Positions 63,259 through 64,000 of a stretch of 64,000 bases of DNA are shown piece after piece. Source of the stretch: Negaprion brevirostris (lineage: Eukaryota). Location: contig JARDVH010000059.1 of the NCBI GenBank assembly GCA_030324005.1, positions 64,645,828 to 64,709,827 of the forward strand, given 5' to 3'. Under the pieces are notes generated by a model. It was not told the DNA's origin. It ran no database searches and saw nothing but the letters and a program-made list of their open reading frames with translations. Positions within the stretch are counted from its first letter, which is position 1, and the number at the start of each line of letters is the position of its first letter. Position numbers and translations under genes: made by a program.

Positions 63259-64000
63259 CCCCATATGGGAGAAAGAAATCCATAGAAGCCACTTCTACCT
63301 ATTTCCAAATCTGGGAAAGGAAAATGAGCTCTTTATCTCATTCCACAAAGGCTGCCAGGCCTGCTGGATGTTTCCAGCATGTTCTGCTTTTATAGCATAG
63401 TGAAATTGCATTTACAGATTAAATCAGAGATTAAATACTGGCATCAGAGTTTTGCCAATTGTCCTATTCAGTCCCTCCTTTGAGCAAAGGAATATCATGC
63501 AAATAGTTGTCAAGCAACTATATAGTTTCAGCAGGAAAGCCCAAAATTCCACTGCTGGATGATTTCACCTTTTCCATCTGATGACATTTCCTTTAAAAAG
63601 TCTCAGAAGGCTTCAGCCATTGTCAGTGGAATGGTTAGACCGACGCCCAGTCTATTCAGCATTTTCCAACTTCCTGCATCAATTCATTCTAGGATAAGCT
63701 AAGTCCAGCATTATATTTCAATCTGGATATTCTGTATTTTAAATTGATTAAATAAGGTATTTACTTGACGGGTTGTGGTGGGGGAAGAAGTGGGGGGAGG
63801 TTATGGCAACTGATTTACAAATGTTCAAAACTGTAATTAAAATACTGTGATCAGCAATTAGGACTTTTAAGCTGTCTTAGTTGTTCTGGTGTGGTATTAC
63901 ATTCTGCTTAACATGTGGCATTCATGATAATTAAAATGATACTAACACATGGACAATTTTATGGCCCTTATGGTGCAGCCCATTATGCCAAATACAGGCC

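Overview
Repeat-rich, apparently non-coding vertebrate DNA from a gapped draft assembly, almost certainly a shark or other cartilaginous fish, judged from HE1-like V-SINEs, DeuSINE/SacSINE1-like SINEs and abundant CR1 LINEs. No intact protein-coding gene is recognisable. The listed ORFs are mostly decayed retroelement fragments (CR1, L2, RTE, Rex1/Babar, Penelope, Gypsy) or chance ORFs. There are also remnants of a PIF/Harbinger transposase with a family of related MITEs. The most notable signal is a near-intact minimal type I hammerhead ribozyme (38620-38655, minus strand) in the inverted terminus of a Penelope-like GIY-YIG element; dead hammerheads of this and two further families occur elsewhere. 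Other points of interest are a Harbinger-type MITE that contains a copy of a neighbouring Gypsy gag zinc-knuckle segment, two V-SINE lineages with different 3' tails, and several blocks with no recognisable repeats, one with a candidate short first coding exon. Repeat boundaries were read by eye and are approximate; family names come from recalled consensus features, not from a database search.
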